Positions 10,434 to 21,108 of a DNA stretch of 64,000 bases are shown here, one piece after another. Numbering within the stretch: the first letter of the stretch is position 1; each line of letters begins with the position of its first letter. The position numbers and the translations under genes are program-made. The DNA is taken from positions 3,328,001-3,392,000 of the forward strand of contig OZ001293.3 of the NCBI GenBank assembly GCA_963921275.4, in the 5' to 3' direction. The stretch is from an uncultured Hormoscilla sp. (GTDB taxonomy: Bacteria; Cyanobacteriota; Cyanobacteriia; Cyanobacteriales; Desertifilaceae). Below the pieces are notes generated by a model that saw only the letters and a list, made by a program, of their open reading frames with translations, made no database searches and was not told the DNA's origin.

Positions 10434-11012
10434 TTATAGACCTCCAGCAGTGAAAACCTCATCATAAATATCGGCCATTGTCAGGGTTAACCCCACTGAC
10501 TGTAACTCTAAACTATCTTGACTGCCTAAAATGTCGAAAGACCAATTACCTGCCTCATTGGGTCGATAAACTTCTACCTGCATTTCCTCTTGAGAAACCA
10601 GCACATATTCTTGCAAACTGGGTAAACTTTGGTAATTCAGCCGTTTTTCTCGTCCGTCTAAATTTTGTGTGGAGGGTGATAGCACCTCAACAATTAAACA
10701 AGGACGGGTTTTGTAATATTTTTCTGTATCTTGGGGGTCGCAAGTCACCATCACATCAGGATAGTAAAAGAGAGAGGCAGTATTTTGAGGAATGGGTAAG
10801 TTAACTTTCATATCTGCAATGAAAGTTTTACACCCACTCCCGCGTAAGTGAGCGAGTAAACTGGCGTAGATATTACCAGCAATGCGGTTATGTTCTTCGC
10901 TACCGCCAGACATGGCGAAAATTTGACCGCCGAGATATTCATGGCGAATATGGCTAGTTTCTTCGCCTTGGAGATAGTCTGGTACAGAAATAAATGCTGT
11001 GGCTAATTCCAT
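10434..11012 (-). CDS. Uma2 family endonuclease
   Basis: RHEYLGG, YYPDVMVTC, LIVEVLSPST, EYVLV. Confidence 0.92.
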   Translation of the reverse strand: MELATAFISVPDYLQGEETSHIRHEYLGGQIFAMSGGSEEHNRIAGNIYASLLAHLRGSGCKTFIADMKVNLPIPQNTASLFYYPDVMVTCDPQDTEKYYKTRPCLIVEVLSPSTQNLDGREKRLNYQSLPSLQEYVLVSQEEMQVEVYRPNEAGNWSFDILGSQDSLELQSVGLTLTMADIYDEVFTAGGL

Positions 11013-11106
11013 GATATGATTATTTCTCAATGGGGAATATATTGACATATTACAGATTATCGTGCGGAATGTGCGCTTGAGTGCTACCGCCGCCTCTTCG
11101 CCTCAC

Positions 11107-11600
11107 TCAAGCATCCGCTTCGTCTTCCTCGGGTTTGAACTCTTCTATGCTTTCAATTTCTATAGGTGAGGATGCTACTAGCCGCAGGTTAATATTAACT
11201 ATAATTTGATTTTTTTCAAGAACCACATTCGCTATCTTTATTAAGAATTTAGCTGATAAGCAATCACCTTCAGATTCAAGAGACGACTTACTTTTATATC
11301 CGGCGTCCTCAAGCCATTCAGCAACATTTCTCCAGTTCTCCATCTTGCGATCGCATTTGCCCAGAAGAATCTTAACATACTGATACAAGGTGTTACAGAG
11401 GTCAACTTCAACACCTTGGGGCTTTTATGGAGCTTTTCAGCGATTTCACCAGGACTGTGACCGAAAAGCAAGCCGCGCAGATGTAGTTTTTCCATCGGTG
11501 TCAGATGTTTCCCCTTAGCGGAGGCGAGGTCTTTGTAGAGGGTGTCCAAGTCCCAGTGATGTGCAGCCTCGGGGAACTGCTCCTTAGTAGTAGATGCCAT
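11107..11600 (-). pseudogene. Frameshifted HTH-domain protein (type found at N-termini of cyanobacterial NTPase-associated proteins)
   Basis: Two overlapping ORFs 11241-11600 and 11107-11388; LTPMEKLHLRGLLFGHSPGEIAEKL HTH; partial degenerate copy at about 11740-11830. Confidence 0.65.
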
Positions 11601-12202
11601 AGCCGGTAGTTCTTAAAGTTTTAGTTTTACCATAGCATAAATTATAACGTTTATTAAGGGTCAGCTAGTTTGAGCTTTGCTGACAATGGGACGTAAGGGC
11701 GATTTTAGCCGGACTGGGACTGGAAAGCAAGCAGGGAGTTGCTTTTTCACCGGCGTCAGATGTCTACCCGTCCCAGTGATGTAAAGGAGAACTGCTCCTT
11801 TGTGTGGATGCTATAGCCAGCAGTCGCTTTAATTACCTAGTGTAATACTAGCCCAAGTTCTAATTTTGATTAAAACACAGCTAATTTTAACTTAGCTTAA
11901 GATAGTGTGAGCGATCAACCGCCCAAAACTGACTCCCACAACAATGGAGGCACAAATATTGAAATCACGTTTTCAATATCTGTACCTGTGTAGTTAACGG
12001 AAAAGTATTAGCTCCCCGAGTGCATGTCGCGCGTCTAGGGGTGTGGTCAAAACCCGTTGGGACTCAGCCGAACCCTAAAGGGCCCGGCTACACGGACAAA
12101 GCCCGCCTGCGCGGGCTGGATTACATGCATCACCAGATATACCCGACTATCAACTACAAGTGATCGCACCCCACGTCTACAGATTAAACCTAAAGGCAGA
12201 TC

Positions 12203-12742
12203 ATGGCATACCAATATCAACAGCAGATTATTGAATCGGTTTTTCGGAACGCAGTATTAGACAACAGTGAAGCAGAAAGCTTTGTGCGCAATTCAGCCCA
12301 AGTTTTCCGTGAAAGCGGTTTACTATTATCTGAGACGTCGGATGAACAATTTAATAGCTATTTGAAGGAGATTGCAGGTGAAGAATTACAAAAGATTGAA
12401 AAAGCTCGTGCTGGACAAACAATAGATCCAAATTTTGTGATAACAGATCCTGCCGTAGCAGGTCTTGCTAAAGCAGGATCTGCTACAGAATCGTTGTTTT
12501 TCATTAGTCCTTGCACTATTTGCGAAATTGGAGCATTTGCTATCTCTACGTCTATTGTGGCGATTGGCGCAGCGGGTCTCGCTGTTCTAACTGTGAAGTC
12601 CGGAGTTGTTATTGCGCTGGCTGCTTTTGCCAGCGTCTCTGCTAAAGCTGCGTTAGCATTCATTGTAACTCTTGGAACGGCTGTGAACGCGGGGGTTTCC
12701 GCTGTGTCAAAAGAAATATGTGAATGGATTGACGCTTGCTAG
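12203..12742 (+). CDS. Hypothetical protein: acidic N-terminal half plus hydrophobic C-terminal domain framed by CxxC and ICxxxxxC
   Basis: 179-aa ORF; SPCTICE...EICEWIDAC. Confidence 0.65.
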   Translation: MAYQYQQQIIESVFRNAVLDNSEAESFVRNSAQVFRESGLLLSETSDEQFNSYLKEIAGEELQKIEKARAGQTIDPNFVITDPAVAGLAKAGSATESLFFISPCTICEIGAFAISTSIVAIGAAGLAVLTVKSGVVIALAAFASVSAKAALAFIVTLGTAVNAGVSAVSKEICEWIDAC

Positions 12743-13830
12743 TGCCAACTGGCAGAAGTAAAGATCCAGTACCCCACTTTTGCACTACTTATTGTAATAT
12801 AATAAGTAGTGCAAGCTGACTGGACCATTTGACCATTGCAAACGAATTAATATCTGAATATCTGTTTTTATGTCTAAGCTGTGGTGGCTTGTGTAATCAT
12901 TGAGCAAGACAATTAGTATTATATCGGATCGGCAGTAAGAACTAGCGAATCTCGGCATTGATGTGATACAGCAAAATGCAGACATCGTAAGGGTTTGGCG
13001 GTATTTTCCGATCCAAATCACGGGCGGCGTGAGAACTGCTATATTGATAGTAGACCGCTCACACCTCCGCAGCGATTGAGCCATGCCAACCCCGTTCGCC
13101 AACGCCTTATGTTGCTGTCTCAACTGGAGCGAGACTGTCTGGAATCGCGAGCGTCGTTGTACTAGCAAACCGTATCGCGGGCGTACAACGTGCTCAATTA
13201 ATACTCAACCGCGGATCAAGGTCAAAGTAATACAGCAATAGCTGAACAACTACATTTGGGACGTCTTCCTGTACGGGAGTGGCGCAATCGTTGGAATCAG
13301 GCCAGTCAGGAATGGTCCTGCGATCGGGAGGTAGAAGCCGATCCAATTCTTCTCGTTCGGCCTGACGGCGGGTTTTCTCTTCCGGAGACAGTCGGCGCCA
13401 GGGAAAAATCATTCCCCGACGAGCCCTGGGATTAGATACTAACTGCGTCATGTTGTCTCCTACCAGTTCATCTGAATAGATTTAGTTTATTATATAGCTA
13501 GCCTAAAACATTATCAACAGATGCTCGGTTCAGATCTCAAATGTAACAACCGCCATGCCTCGGCCTGACCCGATCGCCGACCGACATGCCGCCGTGTCCG
13601 GACATGGGGCGATCGCCCTTCACAAAAGTTTACATGGGAGCAAATGCCAGATAGCTCTTTCGTTGGCTATAATCGGGATCGAGTCTCGCTATTGAACAGC
13701 GATGGGAGGCAGAGCCTCGTTTCCTCGTTCCCTGCCAGAGTCAGGGAACGAGGAAACGAGGAAAAGGAGAGAGGATAATAATTTAATTTAATGGTAAAAT
13801 AGCAGGGCAAAGGTTAAAGAGGGCAAGCAG

Positions 13831-14106
13831 ATGACAGTCAGACAACCCCGATACAGCAAAGAAGAATTTGCTCGACGTGGCGATCGCATCTACGAAACAC
13901 AGGTGCGATCGCAAGTAGAAGCAGGAAATCACGGCAAAATAGTCGCGATCGACATAGAGACGGGAGCGTTTGAACTTGCCGAAAATACTATAACAGCAAC
14001 AGAGCGACTTTACGAGCGATATCCCGATGCTCAACCTTGGGTGATTAGGATTGGACATCGCGCTGTTTATCGTTTTGGATCCCGGAGTCTGAAGAAAGTC
14101 CCATGA
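13831..14106 (+). CDS. Small partner protein of retropepsin-like protease
   Basis: GKIVAIDIETGAFE..PWVIRIG pattern; ATGA overlap with next gene; paralog at 60972-61242. Confidence 0.8.
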   Translation: MTVRQPRYSKEEFARRGDRIYETQVRSQVEAGNHGKIVAIDIETGAFELAENTITATERLYERYPDAQPWVIRIGHRAVYRFGSRSLKKVP

Positions 14107-14477
14107 TGCTTGGTATCGTCAATAAAAATTATGAAGCTATCATTCGGATTGCTGTAGGTCATGGCAAGGGTCCTAAGCAAATGGTTGACGCAGTGATTGA
14201 CACGGGGTTCACAGGTTTTCTGTCTCTCCCGCCGTCTATCATCACATCTCTTAACTTACCTTGGAGTTTTCGTGACTACGGCATTTTGGGTGATGGCAGT
14301 GAAGTCATCTTTGATATGTACACTGCAACTGTAATTTGGGATGGACAGAATAAACTTGTTGATGTGGCAGCATCAGAAGCAGATCCACTGGTAGGAATGA
14401 GTTTGCTTTATGGATTTAAGATTCAGATTGAAGCAGTTGAGGGTGGAACTGTTACAATTGAATCATTAAACAAGTAG
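14103..14477 (+). CDS. Clan AA aspartic protease (retropepsin-like)
   Basis: AVIDTGFTG and LVGMSLL motifs. Confidence 0.9.
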   Translation: MMLGIVNKNYEAIIRIAVGHGKGPKQMVDAVIDTGFTGFLSLPPSIITSLNLPWSFRDYGILGDGSEVIFDMYTATVIWDGQNKLVDVAASEADPLVGMSLLYGFKIQIEAVEGGTVTIESLNK

Positions 14478-14773
14478 ATCGGGTTAATCGGAACCCAAAT
14501 TGGCAGATGTTTGGCAGGAAATCGAACGCAAGTGGAAGCTTGATGGGCATGGCGATCGCCTTGACGGTAGAAGAGATAATATCGATAGCACAGAGAATGT
14601 AGGGGCACGGCATCAACAGATTCTCGGTTCAGATGTAAAATGTAACAACCGCCGTGCCCCGGCCAGCGCGACCCGATCGCAGACCGACATGCCGCCGTCG
14701 CCGGACATGGGGCGATCGCCTTCTGTGCGATCGCCCTTCACAGAAGTTTCACCTTATGTGTACTGAGTTGAGT

Positions 14774-15337
14774 TTATTCTAACAACCAACCAAATAATTC
14801 TCCCACAGTCAGCCGCAGTTCGCCAGCAAAAGATGGTACCGTCTGCTGCTGCGCCGATCGATCGAAAATTTCCGTCTGCTGCTGCGGACGATAAACTAAT
14901 AAAGTTTGCTCATCAGGATCTATTAGCCATCCCATTTCCGTTTCAAAATTCAGGCCGTGCAGAATTTTTTGGGTAACTTTCGTAGCGCTTTGGTCTGGAG
15001 ACAGTATTTCAATAATCCAATCAGGCGCATCTGCAAATACATTGGCTACACCGCCGTTTTCCTTGCGGGGAATTCTATCCCATGTAAAAACTGCTACATC
15101 AGGGACGATCGCCCGACCACCAAAGATGCATCGCAGTTCTGGAAAAGCCCGTGCCACTTTTTGGGGCTTAACAACTGCATTAATAGCAATAATCAGTTCA
15201 CCCTGAATGACACTATGTTCGCCTTGTGGCATTGGCTTCTGTATAATTTGACCATCAATATACTCGCTAGCAGGTTCAGTTTCTGCTAGCTCCAGAAACT
15301 CAGACAAAGTTAAAGGTTTAGAAATAGTTTGTACCAT
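14774..15337 (-). CDS. Uma2 family endonuclease
   Basis: EPASEYIDG, VPDVAVF, PDWIIEILSP, GWLIDP. Confidence 0.92.
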   Translation of the reverse strand: MVQTISKPLTLSEFLELAETEPASEYIDGQIIQKPMPQGEHSVIQGELIIAINAVVKPQKVARAFPELRCIFGGRAIVPDVAVFTWDRIPRKENGGVANVFADAPDWIIEILSPDQSATKVTQKILHGLNFETEMGWLIDPDEQTLLVYRPQQQTEIFDRSAQQQTVPSFAGELRLTVGELFGWLLE

Positions 15338-15369
15338 TTCGGGCGTCTCCCAAACAGTCAGACAGGTAT

Positions 15370-15660
15370 CAATACTTCAAGGTTTTGGATATAGGTTGTC
15401 ATTGCGAGAGGGGGGGTACGTAGCGATTAACTTATGCTCAATTGAGTTAACCCCCCCGAAGCAATCCCCCCGCCCCGTATAAGATGAAGAGAACTTAGGC
15501 GTCGTCGGTGAGATTGCTAGCCCTCCTGGCGTCGAGCCGCTGCGCTAACGAGGGGGATTGCTAGCTGCTGCGCTAACGGGGGGGATTGCTTCGAGGGTCA
15601 ACACTGCCATTAGTTTGCCAGCCCCCTCGCTCCGGACAGGTTGTTAACCGAGAAGTATTG
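15370..15660. mobile_element. MITE with CAATACTTC terminal inverted repeats and 10-bp target duplication
   Basis: AGACAGGTAT at 15360-15369 and 15661-15670; homologous to 49199-49430. Confidence 0.9.
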
Positions 15661-15848
15661 AGACAGGTATACCCTCGTTCGCTGCCAACTTTTCAGTTGA
15701 CAAAGGTTGATAGTAAAAGCATTAATTTATTTTCTCTAGTATCGCATAATTCCACTTCCAAAACGATTCGTATTCTTCAACAATAGTTCCGACTCGCAAC
15801 ATATCTGTTTGCACCCTCACAGGTTGGGTTTCCTCACGTCAACCCAAC

Positions 15849-16235
15849 CTACGACTTCAAATGAGAGCGATCGCCACTAACCCTCGATTTTACACTTTTT
15901 TCCTTTAGGATGTTCCGAACAGAATAGCGAGAGATAAATTCTTCAAACAGGTCAAAAAAATTATCTAGTGCTTTCCTCTCATCCTCGGAATAAAAAAGAA
16001 TAATGTTAGCCCAAGATTGGCTAGTCTGCACCTTAAATCTTTGGCTGATCCACTCAGGAAACTCTATAAAATCCCGTTCTTGTTCCGTTTCCTGTTCTCC
16101 TAACTCATATTTCGCAACACTGTAACCCGACAAAAAAGCCTGAAGGCAAATAATTGAATGTCGTCCCAAGTACATTGAAGGAGCTTTCTTTATTTTCTTG
16201 ATTATCCCATATAAATCGTGCATTTTACCCCTCAA
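15849..16235 (-). CDS. Putative immunity protein downstream of papain-fold toxin
   Basis: IKKAPSMYLG..LQAFLSGY..FPEWI..SWANIILF pattern; gene position. Confidence 0.65.
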   Translation of the reverse strand: MRGKMHDLYGIIKKIKKAPSMYLGRHSIICLQAFLSGYSVAKYELGEQETEQERDFIEFPEWISQRFKVQTSQSWANIILFYSEDERKALDNFFDLFEEFISRYSVRNILKEKSVKSRVSGDRSHLKS

Positions 16236-16263
16236 TTGTTCCCTTAACTTGTGATTTTGCTAC

Positions 16264-16647
16264 TTAAAATTCCTCTTCTCTAATCTGAAAACTTCCCCTC
16301 CCCAGTTCTCTGGTAGGAGATGTTAAATTTTGTAACCATTCCTCTCTCCTAACGCCACTACTATCTATATTATCAAAAATAATTTCTTCACCATCAATTG
16401 TAATTGATATTCCTTCATGGTAGCCATTAGTAGCAATTTGCTGCTCTCCCTTGAGATCGTAAATCACCGACCAAGGTAGATCCCGTCTTTCTAAATCAAG
16501 CTTGACTTGCTTCCCCTTTACTTTTATGCTTGTCAAGAATTCTTTGATTGCTTGACTGCATTCAACACATTGAAAAACTCCATATCTACTGGCAATTGCA
16601 GCAATCTCCTGTCTAATTTCATCTAAATCAGTCCGCTCTAAACTCAA
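16264..16647 (-). CDS. Papain fold toxin 2 (Tox-PL-2)-like protein
   Basis: FQCVECSQAI, IATNGYHEGI, IFDN Cys/His/Asp-Asn arrangement. Confidence 0.75.
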   Translation of the reverse strand: MSLERTDLDEIRQEIAAIASRYGVFQCVECSQAIKEFLTSIKVKGKQVKLDLERRDLPWSVIYDLKGEQQIATNGYHEGISITIDGEEIIFDNIDSSGVRREEWLQNLTSPTRELGRGSFQIREEEF

Positions 16648-16822
16648 ATAAACACTTCCTCTCGATTCACAACCTTACCTGCTTTTTGCGGTTGTCTAGC
16701 TCCGTCTATTAACTTTAACATAACTTCTTCTAATTTTTCCTTCTTTAACAAATCTTTACACATCATATTCTTCCTTGGCGATCGCCCCATCTTCCTGGTC
16801 GGCGGTACATTCGGAGGCGATC

Positions 16823-16954
16823 GCCCCAGACGACTGGTGAGCTGTGCCTACGAACGGCAGACAAGCACTAAAGTGCTTACTACGAACGGCCCCAGACGAC
16901 TGGTGAGCTGTGCCTACGAACGGCAGACAAGCACTAAAGTGCTTACTACGAACG
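16823..16954. repeat. Two tandem 66-bp direct repeats just downstream of tRNA-Ser
   Basis: GCCCCAGACGACTGG...TACTACGAACG repeated at 16823 and 16889. Confidence 0.9.
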
Positions 16955-17021
16955 GGGCGATCGCCGGCAGAGACGCCTTGCCTCGTCTAGTGTCGCTGGT
17001 GTCGCCCCTGGGATTAGAGAA

Positions 17022-17106
17022 CGGAGAGGGAGGGATTCGAACCCTCGTTAGCGTTAACTAAACAGCATTTCCAGTGCTGCGCCTTCAACCACTCGGCCAC
17101 CTCTCC
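17022..17106 (-). tRNA. trnS: tRNA-Ser(GGA)
   Basis: GGAGAGGTGGCCGAGTGG...CTGGAAA anticodon loop, long variable arm, GGTTCGAATCC T-arm. Confidence 0.97.
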
Positions 17107-17350
17107 AGAGAGGGTCTGATTATTTTCAGCCACTAAAATATTACTGTAGCACCAAGTCTCGCATTTTGGCAACAAATTTAAAATAAATTTGCCGCACCAA
17201 AAAGAGACCATCCCCATAAAACCTCTAAAGCCCGCGCAGACTGGTTTTGAGCGCGATCGCCTCGGAAGATCCCCCTAAATCCCCCTTTCTAAGGGAGACT
17301 TAATTTATTCCCCCCTTAGAAAGGGCGGTTAGGGGGGATCCGTGGGGCGG

Positions 17351-19195
17351 CTAAGCCGGATAAATCCGCAGACGCCGGTTAGGCTCTTCACCAAAACTAT
17401 TAGACTTGAGCCGATAATGTTCCACTAGCTCGTGCTGCATTTTGCGCACCTTCCCAGAGCGGGGTAGCAGTTCCACTGGTTGTCCCTTGGGAATCACGAT
17501 TTGCTCCACGGCCAGTCGAGCTTCTTCGAGGGCTTCAATCTCGTCATCCGTACCGCTAGCAGAAAACAGATTCAGATCCACTGGTTCCGACTCACTCAGG
17601 TCGTCCATATCCAGCAAGCGCTTGAGGGCGCGCACGATCTGCGGCACAGTATTGGACTTGAGACTGTGCAGCGGCACCTGACGGGACTTGACCATTTGCT
17701 TTAACTTGCTGTGGTTCTTGACATGCGATCGCAGGGCCAAAACTACATCGGCACTATCAATATCCTTGATCAAGACTACTGGTAATTTCAGGGTGCGGAT
17801 CACCTGTTCTAGCTGGTGACGGCTAATGCCATAGGGATAAACATGCAGGGGCCAATCTTCCCCATTCGGACCGTAAGCGCTCAAATCCGATGTCTGGTCT
17901 GGTAAAGTGTGAGCAAAGAAATCATCTTGCCCGATCGCAGATGCATCCAGCATCTGCTCGAACATCTGCTCGGAAGACAACAATGGCTCATGGGGCACCG
18001 GTTTCATCTGCCCAGATGCCCGCCAACCATTTGCTTTTGGGAACGGAACGCTCTGGGAGTTGCTTGCAATACTTTTCGTTGGGGCAGTTGATAGCTCGTG
18101 AGTAATCACAACTTTACCCGTTTCACTCACAGTTCTCACCTGGGCATTTGGTTTAATGCCTCGCAGCAAACTATCAACCGTTTCTGCCACCCGTTCGTGT
18201 ACCACCCAACGCTGCCGTTCCAGCATTTCCACAGCAATTTCAAAGGTCGGTGGTGCCTTACGCTCCAAGACAGTTTTCTGAGAACGCCTCCGTTTCGCCT
18301 CCTCATCTCCGAGAGTTACCGCCTGGATACCACCCACCAAGTCAGAAAGGGTGGGGTTTTTAATCAGGTTTTCGATCTGATTTCCGTGAGCAGTTCCCAC
18401 CAGCATCACTCCCCGTTCCGCGATCGTCCGAGCTGCCAGAGCTTCCAATTCCGTACCAATTTCATCAATCACGATCACTTCGGGCATGTGGTTTTCCACC
18501 GCTTCAATCATCACCTGATGCTGGAGTTCCGGGCGGGCGACCTGCATCCTGCGGGCGCGACCAATAGCAGGATGAGGAATATCGCCATCCCCAGCAATTT
18601 CATTAGAGGTGTCGATAATCACCACCCGCTTATCCAATTCATCCGCCAAGACCCGGGCAATTTCTCGCAGGGCAGTTGTTTTACCCACCCCAGGACGCCC
18701 TAGCATCAGAATAGATTGACCTGTTTCTACCAGGTCGCGGATCATGCCAATGGTCCCGAAGACTGCTCGACCAACTCTTAAAGTCAGACCAATAATCTCG
18801 CCATTGCGATTGCGCATAGCGCTGATCCGGTGTAGAGTTTGTTCGATCCCAGCGCGGTTATCACCGCTAAAGCTTCCCACTCGCTGGATGCAATAATTCA
18901 AATCTTCACTGCTGACCAGATGAGAGGAAATGTACTCCGCAGAGGCGGGGAATCGGGCCTCTGGGAGTCGGCCCATATCCAAAACCACCTCAATCAAACT
19001 ATCCCGCGATTCGTGTTTCTCCAGCTGATGCCGGATTGACTCTGGCAGGATTTCTAGCAACTTATTCAGATCGTCCGTAATCTGCATGCGATCGACAGTA
19101 ATGTCTGCAACCTCTGGCGATTCAAGTGAGAGCTGGTGCTCGGTCCGCGGACGGCCCGAAAAATCGGAACTGTTGATAATTTTCAGATTCACCAT
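17351..19195 (-). CDS. Ycf45/SpoIIIAA-like AAA ATPase with C-terminal R3H domain
   Basis: GRPGVGKTT, IIDTSNEIAG, IDEIG, R3H motif RKMQH. Confidence 0.92.
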   Translation of the reverse strand: MVNLKIINSSDFSGRPRTEHQLSLESPEVADITVDRMQITDDLNKLLEILPESIRHQLEKHESRDSLIEVVLDMGRLPEARFPASAEYISSHLVSSEDLNYCIQRVGSFSGDNRAGIEQTLHRISAMRNRNGEIIGLTLRVGRAVFGTIGMIRDLVETGQSILMLGRPGVGKTTALREIARVLADELDKRVVIIDTSNEIAGDGDIPHPAIGRARRMQVARPELQHQVMIEAVENHMPEVIVIDEIGTELEALAARTIAERGVMLVGTAHGNQIENLIKNPTLSDLVGGIQAVTLGDEEAKRRRSQKTVLERKAPPTFEIAVEMLERQRWVVHERVAETVDSLLRGIKPNAQVRTVSETGKVVITHELSTAPTKSIASNSQSVPFPKANGWRASGQMKPVPHEPLLSSEQMFEQMLDASAIGQDDFFAHTLPDQTSDLSAYGPNGEDWPLHVYPYGISRHQLEQVIRTLKLPVVLIKDIDSADVVLALRSHVKNHSKLKQMVKSRQVPLHSLKSNTVPQIVRALKRLLDMDDLSESEPVDLNLFSASGTDDEIEALEEARLAVEQIVIPKGQPVELLPRSGKVRKMQHELVEHYRLKSNSFGEEPNRRLRIYPA

Positions 19196-19332
19196 ATTGA
19201 CGTTAGCTCAAGACTTTGTGGGACAGCAAAGGGTAGGCAGAAGTAGATGCACAGAGTCTAACCCCGTGCTATAAATGGGAGGTTTCAAGGACTTTCATAG
19301 GCGATTTCAGTTGAACAACGTCTAACCCCATG

Positions 19333-20421
19333 CTATAAATGGGAGGTTTCAAGGACTTTCATAGGCGATTTCAGTTGAACAACTAATGAATGAGCAACGG
19401 CAACTGCTTGCCAGAGAAGTTCTGGCAATGATTCCAAGCGTGGGGGCTCATAATTCTGTTCCAGCTTTGTTTCTAGCTGGTCTATAATTGGCGATAGCAA
19501 GACCCGGGCATAGCTTCCGTAGCCAACTCCAGCAACTTGAGATAGGAGTCCAGCTGACCTAAGTTTGCTAACCGTGTAGTGGTTAGTCCCTCCAGCTAAC
19601 TGGACATAGCCCGGTAATCCTGCTGCTATGACTTTTTGAGCTAATTTAATTGTGGCGTGAGTCGTTCCCGCGCCGATATCGCCACTCATAGGACGCCCGT
19701 CTGTTTGCCAGATTAGCTGACAGGGCAGGAGCTGGATTATTTGATATAATGACCGCAAATAATCGATGAGATCAGCACCATCTGGGCAGCTAATTGCTAC
19801 TAGCTGCAACTTGTCCGCCCAAGGTGCTATTGCTTGCCACAGGCGGCGAAAATCTGCTAGATGTCCTACCTGAGTGTGAATTTCGATCGCATCTATGCCT
19901 GTTTCTAGTAATAGAGGCGCGATCGCCTGGGGGGTATATATATAAGAACGAGTAAATATTAGCTGACTGGGACATACGGGCAGACAGCGACCGCATCCAT
20001 AGCAGCGTCGGTCTATAACTCCTGAAAAGCTATCTTTTTTAAAGGCGATCGCCTCTGTTGGACAAACCCCTTCGCAGGGACGGGGGCAGTCCGGAGGACA
20101 GACAGCGGGGTTAAATTCTGCCTTGCGGAAATGAGGGTCTTCTCCATCATTGAGACTCACCATCAACAGGGGCGGACTGGCACAACTGGCAAAGCCTCGC
20201 TGTTGAGCCGCCTGACTGAGAGACTGGGCCACCTGAAGAGCATCTTGAGCTGCGGCCACCACAGCGGGGTCAGCCGCCACATCAATACAGTCAGCACCGG
20301 CAAGGGTATAAGCTAACACGAGACTTCTCACAGCCGTCCTGTCTTGGAAGCTGGCTCCACAAATCAGCTTGAACCAGTGTCCCTGCCTGAGGGAGTGTAA
20401 GGGATGGTACAGATAAGTCAC
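19333..20421 (-). CDS. ldpA: Circadian input Fe-S protein LdpA
   Basis: WFKLICGASF, two CxxCxxC..CP clusters, DGRPMSGDIG. Confidence 0.93.
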   Translation of the reverse strand: MTYLYHPLHSLRQGHWFKLICGASFQDRTAVRSLVLAYTLAGADCIDVAADPAVVAAAQDALQVAQSLSQAAQQRGFASCASPPLLMVSLNDGEDPHFRKAEFNPAVCPPDCPRPCEGVCPTEAIAFKKDSFSGVIDRRCYGCGRCLPVCPSQLIFTRSYIYTPQAIAPLLLETGIDAIEIHTQVGHLADFRRLWQAIAPWADKLQLVAISCPDGADLIDYLRSLYQIIQLLPCQLIWQTDGRPMSGDIGAGTTHATIKLAQKVIAAGLPGYVQLAGGTNHYTVSKLRSAGLLSQVAGVGYGSYARVLLSPIIDQLETKLEQNYEPPRLESLPELLWQAVAVAHSLVVQLKSPMKVLETSHL

Positions 20422-20631
20422 CCTTATATCGTAATACATTACTACTCAAATGAGTAGGTCTAGAACTATTTTACTTTAGGAAGTCATCTGTGGCATGAAT
20501 TCTTATAGGAAAATACTTTCAGCACTTTTAGCCCTGGGATCCCCCGTGACAGCTATACATATACTACATCAGCAGGGGATCGGCTAACATTCTTTACGTA
20601 GAACAGTATATCCGCCTGTACTACGTAAAGA

Positions 20632-21108
20632 TTAAGCTGCAAGCAAGCTATCTTTCAGGGGTTGCCAGCGAAAGAAGCGATCGCCTCCCATCTCCACCAC
20701 TACCTTGAGTTTTGGTTCGGTAGCGGGCAAAATCGTCAAATACTCAATCTCACCGGAGGAAAGTATCTGCCCTTCCAGGATCCACAGCACCAGTCCTTTC
20801 GAGTCGGGAGGCAGTTGCTCCAGTTGGGTATTCACCACCGGCGGTAGGTAATACACGTAACCGACTGCGGCTTCATTTCCGATCGTCTTTTTACCCAGGT
20901 GAGCGGGGCGAACCCCGTGAACCCCAGTCAAATACATGGGCAAATCTCCCAGTCCCCGGGCGGTGATCGAGAGCCCCACATAGCCTGCGGCCCTGATGCG
21001 CCGCAAGTAGCGTCCTTCATGTCCGCCCTCTAGAGGTGCATACACCGCCAGAGCACCGTTTTTCTCCAAGTCCCGTATCAGTTTCTTGCCATTCGCGATC
21101 AGTGCCAT
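20632..21108 (-). CDS. ndhN: NDH-1 subunit N
   Basis: ALAVYAPLEGGHEGRY..ARGLGD..HGVRPAHLGK. Confidence 0.95.
   Translation of the reverse strand: MALIANGKKLIRDLEKNGALAVYAPLEGGHEGRYLRRIRAAGYVGLSITARGLGDLPMYLTGVHGVRPAHLGKKTIGNEAAVGYVYYLPPVVNTQLEQLPPDSKGLVLWILEGQILSSGEIEYLTILPATEPKLKVVVEMGGDRFFRWQPLKDSLLAA

Noticed and set aside
12785..13451. ORFs 12785-13168 and 13194-13451
   Set aside because: Appear to be mosaics of decayed small-gene fragments; no family could be supported
9143..17022. Integrative island anchored at tRNA-Ser
   Set aside because: Accessory genes cluster here, but I found no integrase and no duplicated tRNA 3' end
17014..17217. 67-aa ORF
   Set aside because: Overlaps tRNA-Ser on the same strand
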